From a virus, in the IMG/VR virus record IMGVR_UViG_3300021338_000004, positions 13,176 through 77,175 of that record: a DNA stretch of 64,000 nucleotides. One strand, written 5' to 3'. Position numbers and translations under genes: made by a program. The notes below the pieces were generated by a model. It had not been told where the DNA came from, ran no database searches, and saw only the letters and a list, made by a program, of their open reading frames with translations. Shown here in pieces: positions 1-12,939 of this stretch; position 1 is the stretch's first letter, and the number at the start of each line of letters is the position of its first letter.

Positions 1-3000
1 AGCGAGCTCACGCAGCTGTTCGTACAGTTCCTCCTGCTCATCGCTCATGTCTACGAATTCATTGGATTCAGGCGCGTCTGGAAGCTCCAGACCCACGTCA
101 TCCGCATTGCGCAGCAGCGTATAGCGGTGGAACAGGTTGCGTAGACCATCCAGGTTCTGGAAGCCCACCAGGCCATCGGAGTCCACCAGCTCGCCCGATA
201 CTTTCTGGCGGGTAACGGTTTCCACCTTGCCGAACACGCGCACAAAGTCGTCGGCGGTGTAGACGCCGTAACGTTCGAACTCCTCCACCGGAATTAGCAG
301 GGACAGCATGTTGTAGATCTCCAACGGACTATTGGTGATCGGTGTTGCGGTTAGTAGAACAGGGCCGCGACCGGCGTTCTGGTCTCGCAAGTGCGCCATC
401 TTCATGGCCATGTCGCGTGCGCGCTGACTGGAGACCGGTGTCGGCAGATAGGCAATACGCTGAGACTCTTTGCCCGCTTCGTAGCTGTTCTTGAAGTGAT
501 GAGCTTCATCCACAATCACGGACTGGAAGTTCATGTCTTCGAAGTATGGGTATTCGCCTTTCTTATTGGTCCCTTCATCGCTGTAGGCCTGTCGTACCTT
601 GTCGGTACGTTTCGCCTCGTTGTAGGACAGGCGATCACCGCCTTTGCCCATATCTACTTTTTCGCCGGCAATGGCCTCCACCGCATCGCGCTGGCTAATC
701 AGGTCACGCTCAACCCATTTATCTGCGTATTTCTCTTTGGTGCGGGCGCGCATCGGAATCATGCCGAAGCGCTCCTGAGACATTACGATCTTGGATTTGG
801 AGGTGTGCGGAATCTGGTGCATCTTGTCATAAATGGTCTGGGCATCATCTTCCACCAGAACATCTTGATACATCAGCTCGCCGGTAAACTTGTTTTTCTT
901 CGGATTGCCCTCTTCATCCAATACAAGCTCGCGTTCGACGTTGCCATCCTTGCCGGCTTTCGGGCTAAAACCGATAAACAGCACGTCCTCCATGGTGCCA
1001 AGGAATGTATTGTGCTCGTGATACCAGTTACCCAGGACATTGTTTGGAACTACGGTCGCAGTGCGGTTCGCACGCCCCATCTGTTTGTTGTAGGTCGCCA
1101 GCGCGATCGCAGAGAAGGTTTTGCCCAGGCCAACGTCGTCAGCCAGGATGCCGCGCCCCTCTTCCGACATGCGACGGATACCTGCGTTTTGATACCCATG
1201 CGGTTTAATGGTGTCCGGGACGCCCTTCAGCTCCAATGAGTTCTCCTCATAGCTCATTGGAATGTAGCCATTGAACTTCTGGTTGTACTGCGCCTGCAGC
1301 TGTTCGGCGTCCTGGTGCTGCTGCATGAAGATGGTGAACTCTTCTTCCAGCGCTTTGACCCGGTCTTTGTATTCCTGGATGTATTCCGCCTTGCTTGAAG
1401 TGATCGCGTTGCCGTTCAGGTAGCGATTCATCTGCTTCAGGAACCCGGTTTCATCCATGTAGCCGTAGAATTCACCGAAAGGTGAGCTGGTATCATTGGT
1501 AAGCTCTTTCTCCCAGTATTTTTCGCCGGTATCGGGATCCTCGCGCTGTACGTCCTTTTCCACACCGTAGCGCAAGTGTCGATATCCCTTCTGCTCAAAA
1601 AACTCCAGGATGTATTTTCGATCAAACCATTTTTGGTTCAGGCCAAACGAGATGTCTTCCAGGCTGGTGGAATTCACCTTAGCGCTGATCTCATCGATCT
1701 GCGCTTGCCATTTGGCTTTCAGGCGTGGATCGCTTTCCTGGCTCATCGCCTTGGCCAGTGCTGCTGCTTTCGGGAACACCTCTCCGGAACAGAAACGGTT
1801 CATCGGCATCATGCGACCGTCTGCGGTAATGGCTACACCTGGCTCCTCTGCCAAATCGCCCAAGCTCTTCAGTGCACGCGGCCCGCGGTATAGCGCTTGC
1901 ACATCCTCCAGGGTGATTTCGTCAATCCCCTCGCGAATGTACAGATGCTCAATGATCGATTGCAGCAGTGTATCGTCGTACTGCTGCTGGTCGCTGGCGG
2001 ACTCTCCGGACAATAGAGCAGAAAAATTACCGTCCTGGTCGATCGAATTCCGGAATACCCCCAGGTAGCGGGCGCTGTCGCCCTCTAGCTGCAGGTGGCG
2101 ATTCTTCTTTGGGTCGCCATAGCGGTTGTATTCCGCTGCAACGAGCTCCTGCAAGGCAACCAGATCACCGGTATCCGCGTCACCTGTGCGCTCCTGGTTC
2201 TGGTATCGGTTGATCAGCGTGCCAATCAATGCGCCGCGAAAAACCTGCTCTTGAGCGGATGGCGCTTGTTCAGCTGCGAGCGCGATTGCAGCCTTCTGCT
2301 GATCGGTGAAAAGGTCCGGCCAGCTATCGCTTGCGGCTTTGGCCTGCTGATAGGTTAGGTTTAGCGTGGATTGATTATGTGACAACAGGCCTTTCAGTTG
2401 TTCAATGCTGTCAGCGCCGTAGGTTTTGACATCAATGCCGGTCGGATTGTCCAGGCCGTGATCCACTTCCTGCCAGTCGCCACCACTCATAATGTATTCG
2501 CGGTCGTTCATGTAGCGGCGATCGCCTTCCGCGTAGTAGCGGATGACCGGTTCTGCCGTGTCCAGCAGCGCCCAATCAATGCGGCTATCAAATTTACGTG
2601 CCAGCGCCTGTTTAAGGCCGGCTTCGGTGATCTCGTTGTTGATCACACGGTCCTGGTCGCGAAACTTGTTCGGATCTTTCGGGACGAACGTACCCTGGAT
2701 GAATGGTCGCCCTTCCGGTGATTTGAACCATTCGCCTTGGATAAACGTGTCCCAAACCACATTGGCTGCTTTCAGGGTGTCGATTGACATATCCTGAATG
2801 CGTGCGATCGCATCGCGGGAATGCTTGCGCAGAATGATGACATCGGTAACGACATCAGTGCCTTGGCGACCAAACGTTTTAGATGGCAGCTTATGCGCGC
2901 CCAGGAATTCCGCCACCTTGCTTAGCTGGGTGCGCCAGCGCTCCCACTTCGCACCACGCCCGCTGACGATATTGATGGGCACTACCAGCGCAATCAAGCC

Positions 3001-5127
3001 GCCAGGGCGGACCTTATCCACCACACGGCGTACAAAGTAGCGCTCAATCAGCTTCTCTTTCTTGTACAGCGGATCGTCATGGGCGGATGCGCCGCGGGCA
3101 TCGCCAAACGGCACGTTGCCGATAATGGCGTCAAAGGTGTCGTCTTGCGCATCGACCGCCAGCTTCTCAAAGCTCTGGTTAAGGATCTGATCTTCTGGAT
3201 GAAGAATGCGGTTCACGCCTGCGGACAGAGGATCGATCTCCGTGCCGGTGATGCGTACGCCGTCATTTTTGGTGGCACTGAACACGCCGGATCCGGTGGC
3301 CGGCTCCAGGACATTGCCGTTCTCAAAGCCGTTGGCTTTCAGCATATCCCACACACCTTCAGCAACGTGCGTTGGTGTGAAGTATTCATACTGGCTGTTA
3401 ACGGTTAAGCCGCCGCGACCGGAGTACTGAACCAGGGTTTTTCGATCTTCCAGTGTCAGTGAATCCGCATTCCAGTCGCTTGCTTTGATTCGCTCCACGA
3501 TGGCCGCTGCTTGCGCGTTCAGGTGTTCGCGAGTCTTTACGCCACTTGCCTTGAGGCCGAACTCTATCGCCTCGTCAGCGGCTTCTGAGTCGCCCTGTGC
3601 CTGCAACTCGATCCCTGTGAATTCCTGGAGCGCTTGATCAATCTTGGCTTTGCTGGCGGGCAACCGAATGCCAGTTAGCTTAGTAAAGCCTCGTTTTAAG
3701 TGGGTATTGACCCCTTTAGGGTGCGCCAGCAGTGTCTGCAGCACGGTAAAGTCCCGTGCGGTGACCGCATCCACCAGCTGTTTAACGAGGCCTGTAGGCT
3801 CATCGACTGGCACGCCCTGTGGATAAATAATCGATTCTGCTTCAGCAGTCAGCTTTTCGATATCGACCGGCGGCGCAACTGCCTCCAGGAATGCCGCCTC
3901 CAGTTCATCTACGCTGGTGGCCGCCATGATCTTCTGAATGGCAGGGCTTTCTTCGCCGGCACTGTCCAGAATGTCAGTGAGCTCAACATGCAGTTCCTGC
4001 ATGGCTTCCGGGCTAATGCCTGACAGAAAATGGGAAAACGCATGCTGGTCAATGGCCGTTTCATCGCTCGCACTATCCAGCAGGGATACTTTGCCCGCAC
4101 CGTCGCCATCCAGATAAAACTCTACTTTGTCATCGCCTTGCTTGGATACCACGACATTGGTGCCCGCACCGTCATGCGTGTACTTGGATATTGTTTCCAG
4201 CATTTTGCGCAGCGCGTTATAACCGTCATGGTCATGCGTAGCCACTTTCAGCACCAGGTCGCGTACTTTTCCGGCACCATCCATCACGAACTGCAACGGG
4301 ATTTCTACCTTGTGCTCTTTCGCGCGATGTTTGTTGCCGAACAGCAGGTAACGAAAGTCTTCGACCTTCATCGTGCTGATGGGCCCAAGGAAACGATCGT
4401 CGTCATAATGCGCCAGATAGGCGTCACGCGCGGCCTGCTGGTTAGGGAAGCCGATGAACACCTTGTCTTCGTCAAAGTAGGCAGAGCATGCACAATGGTG
4501 TGGATGCTCATGGCAGTCAGGACAGGTGTCGTCTTTCCACGCTTTTACCTTCTCAATCGCATGCTGTTTGACGATGTACACATGCTTTGCACTGCGATCG
4601 GGGCCGATGTAGCAATCCACACCCTCGCCATCTTCGCCGATGGTGCCGCGGATATAGCCGTAATCGTTACGCATGGTAATAGACCAAGCATGACCGTCTG
4701 GGTCTTTGCCTTCACGCTTGGAGCCGGCCTTATTTTCGATGGATATCGGCATGCCCTGGAATTGATATCGATCCTGCAGACGGAAGTCTGTTTTTTTCTT
4801 CAGGTGAAGGTCGTTCATGGCGCTGTCTAGCAGCGGCTGATTGTTCAGGTCTTCCGGGTATTCCTGATGCTCGCCTTCCAGGATCTCTACGTCAAAGTCA
4901 GCGGATTTTTTGAGTGTGTAGTGAAGCGACATTGGCTCCATGTCTGGGTGTCGCGCGATGCGCCCCAGTGGGCTCATGCCGTTGCGGGTTAACTCATCTT
5001 CCAGGAAGGTCTTGGATAACTCATCACCGTCCAAATGGACCGTACCACGACGGTCCCATGGTGCATCAATGGTGGCCGTCACAAATCCACCACCGTCATT
5101 AGTGGAGACTTTGAACTTATATGTCAT
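1..5127 (-). CDS. darB: DarB-like polyvalent antirestriction protein (N-terminal extension, InPase-like domain, N6-adenine MTase, SNF2/SF2 helicase); 3' end lies outside the window, >=1709 aa
   Basis: Absent from the ORF track because it has no stop in the window. I translated about 5127-3100 by hand without a stop and found the helicase motifs and window end in the same frame. Start ATG 5127 with AAGGA RBS. Motifs: GMPISIENKAGS...DYGYIRGTIGEDGEGVDCYIGP (InPase-like); VLEPATGSG and GNVPFG (MTase); LADDVGLGKT, VIVDEAH and LLTATP (SNF2). Confidence 0.9.
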   Translation of the reverse strand, partial: MTYKFKVSTNDGGGFVTATIDAPWDRRGTVHLDGDELSKTFLEDELTRNGMSPLGRIARHPDMEPMSLHYTLKKSADFDVEILEGEHQEYPEDLNNQPLLDSAMNDLHLKKKTDFRLQDRYQFQGMPISIENKAGSKREGKDPDGHAWSITMRNDYGYIRGTIGEDGEGVDCYIGPDRSAKHVYIVKQHAIEKVKAWKDDTCPDCHEHPHHCACSAYFDEDKVFIGFPNQQAARDAYLAHYDDDRFLGPISTMKVEDFRYLLFGNKHRAKEHKVEIPLQFVMDGAGKVRDLVLKVATHDHDGYNALRKMLETISKYTHDGAGTNVVVSKQGDDKVEFYLDGDGAGKVSLLDSASDETAIDQHAFSHFLSGISPEAMQELHVELTDILDSAGEESPAIQKIMAATSVDELEAAFLEAVAPPVDIEKLTAEAESIIYPQGVPVDEPTGLVKQLVDAVTARDFTVLQTLLAHPKGVNTHLKRGFTKLTGIRLPASKAKIDQALQEFTGIELQAQGDSEAADEAIEFGLKASGVKTREHLNAQAAAIVERIKASDWNADSLTLEDRKTLVQYSGRGGLTVNSQYEYFTPTHVAEGVWDMLKANGFENGNVLEPATGSGVFSATKNDGVRITGTEIDPLSAGVNRILHPEDQILNQSFEKLAVDAQDDTFDAIIGNVPFGDARGASAHDDPLYKKEKLIERYFVRRVVDKVRPGGLIALVVPINIVSGRGAKWERWRTQLSKVAEFLGAHKLPSKTFGRQGTDVVTDVIILRKHSRDAIARIQDMSIDTLKAANVVWDTFIQGEWFKSPEGRPFIQGTFVPKDPNKFRDQDRVINNEITEAGLKQALARKFDSRIDWALLDTAEPVIRYYAEGDRRYMNDREYIMSGGDWQEVDHGLDNPTGIDVKTYGADSIEQLKGLLSHNQSTLNLTYQQAKAASDSWPDLFTDQQKAAIALAAEQAPSAQEQVFRGALIGTLINRYQNQERTGDADTGDLVALQELVAAEYNRYGDPKKNRHLQLEGDSARYLGVFRNSIDQDGNFSALLSGESASDQQQYDDTLLQSIIEHLYIREGIDEITLEDVQALYRGPRALKSLGDLAEEPGVAITADGRMMPMNRFCSGEVFPKAAALAKAMSQESDPRLKAKWQAQIDEISAKVNSTSLEDISFGLNQKWFDRKYILEFFEQKGYRHLRYGVEKDVQREDPDTGEKYWEKELTNDTSSPFGEFYGYMDETGFLKQMNRYLNGNAITSSKAEYIQEYKDRVKALEEEFTIFMQQHQDAEQLQAQYNQKFNGYIPMSYEENSLELKGVPDTIKPHGYQNAGIRRMSEEGRGILADDVGLGKTFSAIALATYNKQMGRANRTATVVPNNVLGNWYHEHNTFLGTMEDVLFIGFSPKAGKDGNVERELVLDEEGNPKKNKFTGELMYQDVLVEDDAQTIYDKMHQIPHTSKSKIVMSQERFGMIPMRARTKEKYADKWVERDLISQRDAVEAIAGEKVDMGKGGDRLSYNEAKRTDKVRQAYSDEGTNKKGEYPYFEDMNFQSVIVDEAHHFKNSYEAGKESQRIAYLPTPVSSQRARDMAMKMAHLRDQNAGRGPVLLTATPITNSPLEIYNMLSLLIPVEEFERYGVYTADDFVRVFGKVETVTRQKVSGELVDSDGLVGFQNLDGLRNLFHRYTLLRNADDVGLELPDAPESNEFVDMSDEQEELYEQLRELA

Positions 5128-5142
5128 GGTGAAGTTTCCTTG

Positions 5143-6894
5143 CTACTTCAGCCTGGGCAGCTCCTGTCCTTCGCGATACCACTCAGGGGCGCGTTGATGT
5201 AGGACTAGCATCTGTATCTGCTCGGCGGTTGATTGGATACCCTGCTCATTCAGCAATGACAGGTAGATGTAGGTTTTTGCCTGCACCTCTGTCTGGAAGT
5301 AGAAAAGATTTCGACCACCTTTTTCCACACCAAAAAAATGTTTGGCTGGAGTACCGTTGCGCTTTGCGATTTGTAGCGGGTAGATACTGTAGTCGTGTAG
5401 CTGCTGACGCTGAGCTTCAGCGTCTGTCCATGCCAGGGATGAAAGATGCTTGCGCGTAGCTTTGAGAAAGGTGTAGCCGCGAAGCTGTTCGCCGAACGTG
5501 CGCTGCTGGCGCTCGCGCTCAAGGCCTGACATTCCAGTCAGTAGACCGATCATCATATCGAACATTTCACGGTCGGCATTAAAGAGAGCGTACATTCGTT
5601 CCGGGTCGGTCAGCTGCTGCATCCCCATGGAGATGACCTCGGTGTAACCGCCGTCGTACACCTTGCCAACATAAGGGTCGAAGAACTTATCGCGAATGGC
5701 CTGCTCTGATGGTCGGTAGCGGCGATTGTCCGTGATGTCCTGAAGCGGCTCAGGCTCGCCCGTCGTGCCCCTGGTTTTTACAAAGTCGTTGGATAACGCT
5801 TTGATTGCGGGGTCTGCTTCCAAAAGGTGTGACAATTCATGCCAAAGCACGGTTTTATCGAAGTCGCCATCAACCATGATCTCTGAACGACCGATATACG
5901 CATGCGCGCGCTCACTGCCATCTGAGCTGATTGTGACTTTATCCAAGCGGCCTTGGGTAAGCTGATAATACTCTGCTAGGTCACGACGTAACTGAGGTGC
6001 TTGATATCCCTGCCGGCGCAAACGGTTCATGGCTGTTGGAGATATCTGTTGCATAGATGCCCAGGCTTCGGCCTCTTCCTGGGATACCGGGGACTCCTGG
6101 ATAAGTGCATCGTACAGTGGACGCATCATCTTAACGCACAGAAAACGACGTTTGCGCGTCAGGTCTTTGATCTTTTGCCGGTCTTCGCTACTCAGAACAA
6201 TCTGCTCATCAGTCCACTGGGAATATACCGGGTCGATGTATTGATCATATAGATCTTCGATGTGCTGCTTCTGGTTGGAAAACTCTTGCTTGAGCGCTGA
6301 AAGCTTTGCCTTTCGGATATCAGGAGATAGATTCTGATCTTTAGCGATCGACTGAGATTCAGCCACCAGGGCCGTTAGCTGATCTTCTTTTTCATCAATT
6401 CCATGTTCGGACTTTAAGTGCTCAAGTGTCTTTAGGAACTCTGATTCATCGCGCTGTGCAGCATCTTTGATGGACTTGATGGTTGAGGTGGCATCCTGGA
6501 TGCCATCGCTCAATAGTTTGGCTTCGTGATCATCCAGGAAGCGGGTGGTCTGGTTGCCGGCCGCAGTCACACCCAGACGCTTTACCGCCCCTGCTTCATC
6601 ACTCAACAAAAAGCTTGTGGCAAGACTGTGCAGGCTGAATCCCGATTCACGCTCAACCGCGCTATAGCGCTCCATCGGGTAATAACGCTGAAGGTCCGCT
6701 TTTAGGTCTGTTATTTCACGATGAGCGCTGGCCTTGTCCGTGATGGTGGCGCGGGGATTTAACAAAACATCAGCCGCCCGGGTGATGCGGGCGACCTGCT
6801 CTTCTTTACTCTGGCCCAGTATCCGAAAGAAGACGGCTTCTAAGCCGTCCATGGTGGTGACGGAATGCAGGGCTTTCAGCAATTCTTTATTCAT
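5143..6894 (-). CDS. ddrB: DdrB-like virion cargo protein with zincin metallopeptidase motif
   Basis: LWHELSHLLE (HExxH) plus downstream YTEVISMG; follows darA-ddrA as in P1. Confidence 0.75.
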   Translation of the reverse strand: MNKELLKALHSVTTMDGLEAVFFRILGQSKEEQVARITRAADVLLNPRATITDKASAHREITDLKADLQRYYPMERYSAVERESGFSLHSLATSFLLSDEAGAVKRLGVTAAGNQTTRFLDDHEAKLLSDGIQDATSTIKSIKDAAQRDESEFLKTLEHLKSEHGIDEKEDQLTALVAESQSIAKDQNLSPDIRKAKLSALKQEFSNQKQHIEDLYDQYIDPVYSQWTDEQIVLSSEDRQKIKDLTRKRRFLCVKMMRPLYDALIQESPVSQEEAEAWASMQQISPTAMNRLRRQGYQAPQLRRDLAEYYQLTQGRLDKVTISSDGSERAHAYIGRSEIMVDGDFDKTVLWHELSHLLEADPAIKALSNDFVKTRGTTGEPEPLQDITDNRRYRPSEQAIRDKFFDPYVGKVYDGGYTEVISMGMQQLTDPERMYALFNADREMFDMMIGLLTGMSGLERERQQRTFGEQLRGYTFLKATRKHLSSLAWTDAEAQRQQLHDYSIYPLQIAKRNGTPAKHFFGVEKGGRNLFYFQTEVQAKTYIYLSLLNEQGIQSTAEQIQMLVLHQRAPEWYREGQELPRLK

Positions 6895-6896
6895 GC

Positions 6897-7201
6897 TTAC
6901 GCCAGGCGCTGTTTCACGTATTTAGCCACCGGCTCTTTTACATCGTCCAGAGGTGCGCCCGACTCAACAATGCCGCGAACCTGTTTGATGAAAGGAATCG
7001 GCTCCAGTGAGCTGAACTTTCCTTCAATCAACTGCTGCAGCAGTGAGGCCGATGTATCTGCTACCGCTCCCAGTATCTTCTGGCGTACATCCCGTACTCG
7101 GCGTGCTAGGTTTAGCTTTTCCCGGCCACCGATGCCACCACTCATGATCTTTGTGCGCAAATCGCGCAGCTCTTTGGCCAATGCCAATTTCTCCCGACCG
7201 T

Positions 7202-7205
<4 letters not shown>
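6897..7205 (-). CDS. ddrA: DdrA-like small antirestriction-cluster protein
   Basis: 102 aa, internal duplicated GREKL motif; lies between darA and ddrB with ATGA overlap. Confidence 0.6.
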
Positions 7206-9795
<2,590 letters not shown>

Positions 9796-9799
<4 letters not shown>

Positions 9800-10383
9800 G
9801 CGTGCGCCTCCAAAAGTGTGTTTTTCTGCGCCTGCAGCTCAGCGAGTTGAGTGCGTAGGTCGGTGTTGAGCGTACGTGCATTGGCTGCCGCATTTTGTGC
9901 CGCGGTCAGGCTTTCGCGCAGCGCTTCCAGATTTTGGTTTTGCTCTTGAATGCCGGCGTTCAACATGGCAATACGTGCTTTGGTTGATGTTCTGGCAATG
10001 GTGGCTGTTGTGGTATCGACTTGGGCGCGCTTGAGGCGGCCTTTTAGGGTCTTCTGGAAGATCTTGGCGTTGCCCTTAACCTTCTCAGATATCTCTGCAA
10101 TGGCGCGCTTGAGGTCATTCACAGCGGTGACAGGAATGACTTTGTTGTTCAGTCGAACCTGGAAGATTGCACCATCGGCTTTGGCCTGCAGCGCAATGCG
10201 CTGACCATCTGTGAAAAACAGCTCGGCTTTTTTAGTTGGCACACCCTGCTGTCGTGTTTGCTTGTTGTTAGCTGATACGCGAACAACCGGCAGGTCATTA
10301 CGCTTAAATTCGGACAAGACGCTTTTCAGGCCTTGCTCGTTGAAGTGCTCATAATCAAATGAGAGATAGGAAGAACGTGCCAC
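9796..10383 (-). CDS. hdf: Hdf-like protein (homologue of DarA fragment)
   Basis: Likely GTG start at 10383 with GGAG RBS; YLSFDYEHFNEQGLKS...DGQRIALQAKADGAIFQVRLNNKVIP resembles P1 Hdf; immediately upstream of darA. Confidence 0.8.
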
Positions 10384-10414
10384 GGGCAATCTCCAATATA
10401 GGCATATTGCACCG

Positions 10415-10447
10415 AGTATAAGAAGCGGCGTCCGTGACACGCATCGA
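10415..10447 (-). promoter_or_regulatory. Putative late promoter TCGATG-N21-TATACT
   Basis: Matches the motif family found upstream of other late operons. Confidence 0.55.
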
Positions 10448-10457
10448 TAGAAAGTTT

Positions 10458-11075
10458 TTACGCGCCCTTCAGGGCTTCCGGCCATTCCGCCTGCCAGTTG
10501 GCCGCAATGTCTTGTAGCTGTTCAAACCAATCATCAGGAAGCTGATCGCTATCTGATAGCGATTTCAGATCATCAATCTTGTCTTCAGCCGCATGAAAGT
10601 CGCCCATGATGATGCTGGTGTATTCGGCGCTTCTACGAACCTTTTTGTTGACGCGATTTACCAGCTCTTCAAGTGAGATATTGCGGCGCTCTGACATGCC
10701 TTTAAGCGTGGTTACTTCCGCTGATGCATCCTTCATATAGGCCTCTGCCTCCGATCTTTGCTGAGGCCAGGTCTCAATCATGTTTTGGGTATATCCGCGT
10801 TTAAGAATCGCCAGAGCACGCTCGGCAGTCGTGGAAATTTCGCCAAGCACACGGGCTACCTCAACATGAAATGAGCGAACCGGGGTCCAGGTTGAATCGC
10901 CATCAAACAAGTGAGCGGTTGGGTTTTCGGGAATGAGGCGATCGTCCACTTCGTAAACTTCATAGCCCGGGGCTTTTAGCATGGACTCACGAGGCTTGAT
11001 GCGGCTAACCAGTTTCACTTGACTGGATGCTGAGTCGACTACTACAAATGAGAATGACTTTTCTGATGCCATCAT
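10458..11075 (-). CDS. Putative tail fibre assembly/chaperone protein
   Basis: ETWPQQRSEAEAY...ISLEELVNRV is typical of fibre chaperone genes; follows the fibre gene. Confidence 0.55.
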   Translation of the reverse strand: MMASEKSFSFVVVDSASSQVKLVSRIKPRESMLKAPGYEVYEVDDRLIPENPTAHLFDGDSTWTPVRSFHVEVARVLGEISTTAERALAILKRGYTQNMIETWPQQRSEAEAYMKDASAEVTTLKGMSERRNISLEELVNRVNKKVRRSAEYTSIIMGDFHAAEDKIDDLKSLSDSDQLPDDWFEQLQDIAANWQAEWPEALKGA

Positions 11076-12175
11076 TTCACCTTAATAACTTTGTAGATGT
11101 GTAAGTTGTAGCGCCATAGCAGAACTGACCACCCGGATGGTGCATCCGTATTTTTGTAGACGGATATGTAGTCATCACCGACACCCAGGCCTGCGCATAA
11201 CTGTTGCTGCTGCTGATATGACGCCCCGGCAGTCTGGATGAGATCCCAATCGATGCAGACAAGATGGGTTTCGACGTTTCTCAGCTGGGAACGCGCCAGG
11301 CTACCCGCCATAACCAAAAACACGCCGTTGCCATCATCGGGTGTTAATACGTCATGAAACACTTGTCCTGCTATGCCATCATCCGTATCCGCGGCTTTTT
11401 CGCCATCAAACAGGATTTCTCCGTATGTTTGGCTAAGCAATTCACTTGGCGCCATTCCTCGCCACAAATCCGCATCCAGCCCGGTTCCTTCGCCCTCGTT
11501 TTTTTTGGCGGCAGTGCCCAACTCGCTCTTCAATACGTACTGATCATGTGGGTCATCAGCGTTTTTGTGTGCAAGCAATGCCTGCCCATTGAGCGCGGCG
11601 GCCTCCTGAGCGGGGACGACTTCTTCTTCGTATAGCTGACGTACTTTGTCATCCAGCATCAGGCGCGTAACACCAATGGACGAGTCTATGGTGATGCTTA
11701 CGCGGCCTGAATCGCCACTAATAATATGCGCGCGGACAGCGACATCGCTGGGGGAGCCGGATGACATAGGCATGACCGGCATCGGTGCATAGTTGCTGAT
11801 GGCGTATACCGTTCCGTCGGATAGCAACCACTCCACTTCAGTCACGATGAATCCACCAGCCGGCGTTTGCCCTGCTGTTTTGGTTAGGTCCAGATGGGAT
11901 TCCAGCTCTGTGACGTTATCAGTAATACCTGCGCCACGGGTGATTTGAAATGTGCCGCCAGTGACTGGGCTAGCCAGGTTATCTGGCACCTCAATCGTAT
12001 ATTCGACCGGATCGCCTGGTACTTCTGTGACAGTCCATTCGCCGGATCCTACGCGACATACATCAAACTCTATTGTGGCCTCGCCACGCATGACTTCAGC
12101 AAGCCGCGTTTGCCCTTCAGGCGTTAAGTAGGTTCCGTGTTGGGTTTTGCTGGTGAACGTTCTCACGCATGGCAC
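11072..12175 (-). CDS. Tail fibre (baseplate-attachment, tail-collar type) protein
   Basis: N-terminal LTPEGQTRLAE...CRVGSG; HKNADDPHDQY and GLDADLW fibre motifs. Confidence 0.7.
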   Translation of the reverse strand: MPCVRTFTSKTQHGTYLTPEGQTRLAEVMRGEATIEFDVCRVGSGEWTVTEVPGDPVEYTIEVPDNLASPVTGGTFQITRGAGITDNVTELESHLDLTKTAGQTPAGGFIVTEVEWLLSDGTVYAISNYAPMPVMPMSSGSPSDVAVRAHIISGDSGRVSITIDSSIGVTRLMLDDKVRQLYEEEVVPAQEAAALNGQALLAHKNADDPHDQYVLKSELGTAAKKNEGEGTGLDADLWRGMAPSELLSQTYGEILFDGEKAADTDDGIAGQVFHDVLTPDDGNGVFLVMAGSLARSQLRNVETHLVCIDWDLIQTAGASYQQQQQLCAGLGVGDDYISVYKNTDAPSGWSVLLWRYNLHIYKVIKVK

Positions 12176-12906
12176 TCCAAAAGTGTTTGGTAGATGGTGG
12201 CGGTCGCCGCGACGCCTACTTCAATATTTAATTCTGGACGGGTAATTCCGATGCTTGCTGTGCTGGTGATAACCGTCATGGCCGTGGCCGTAATTGAAAC
12301 ACCGTCGCGAAAATCACTTTCCGCGTTAAACGCTACGCCGTCGTAGACCACGCGCGCGGGGCGGACCTTCTCTATTTCACGAAAGGCAACCGTAGCCAGA
12401 TCGACCATGCTAATGCCCAGTGAATGGGCTTTAATCGCATCCACACCCAGGCGTCCGCGCGAAGTCAAAAAATGCGCATTTTCATCAAGGTTAGGCTTGA
12501 GCTGTTTGGTAACGAAATGGGCGTGCGAATAAGGTTTATCTAGCGGACACCAGACCGGCAGCCATTCGACATTCAGTCCTTTGAAGTAGGTTTTCAGGAC
12601 ATCCCGAATGAGCAGGTCGGTTTCTTTTCGGTGAATGCCGCGGCGACGCCACATAACGGATAGGCGCTTAGTGCTGTCGTCCAGCGGAAACAGAATGTCG
12701 AAGAAGTCGCCATATTCTGACAGTCGCTCTTCAAGTGCCTCCATGCTGGAGTTGAATAACGACCGATCCTCTCGCATCTGTTCAACCTTGCTGAACAGCG
12801 GGAGATGGTACTCTTCTAACGCCCGAGCAAACGCCACCCAGCGAGCAGACTGCTGCTTTCCGGGAGTTAGGCGGTTTACTAGCCAGTCGGCATGGTCGGG
12901 TTGCAT
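12163..12906 (-). CDS. Baseplate wedge protein (P1 gp16-like)
   Basis: WLVNRLTPGKQQSARW and FLTSRG motifs; likely ATG at 12906 (MQPDH); precedes the fibre gene. Confidence 0.7.
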   Translation of the reverse strand: MQPDHADWLVNRLTPGKQQSARWVAFARALEEYHLPLFSKVEQMREDRSLFNSSMEALEERLSEYGDFFDILFPLDDSTKRLSVMWRRRGIHRKETDLLIRDVLKTYFKGLNVEWLPVWCPLDKPYSHAHFVTKQLKPNLDENAHFLTSRGRLGVDAIKAHSLGISMVDLATVAFREIEKVRPARVVYDGVAFNAESDFRDGVSITATAMTVITSTASIGITRPELNIEVGVAATATIYQTLLECHA

Positions 12907-12939
12907 GGGAAGTCCTGAGACGCAATGGGAATGCGGCTC

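Noticed and set aside
391-4830. Long plus-strand ORFs (282, 266, 152 aa and others)
   Set aside because: Antisense shadows of the darB-like gene; no motifs or RBS
4930-4932. ATG at 4932 with GGAG as the darB start
   Set aside because: The frame stays open up to ATG 5127, which has an RBS and lies 16 nt from the ddrB stop; 4932 is at most a secondary start
10458-12175. Cin-type invertible fibre segment or diversity-generating retroelement
   Set aside because: No serine invertase, reverse transcriptase or duplicated fibre ends seen
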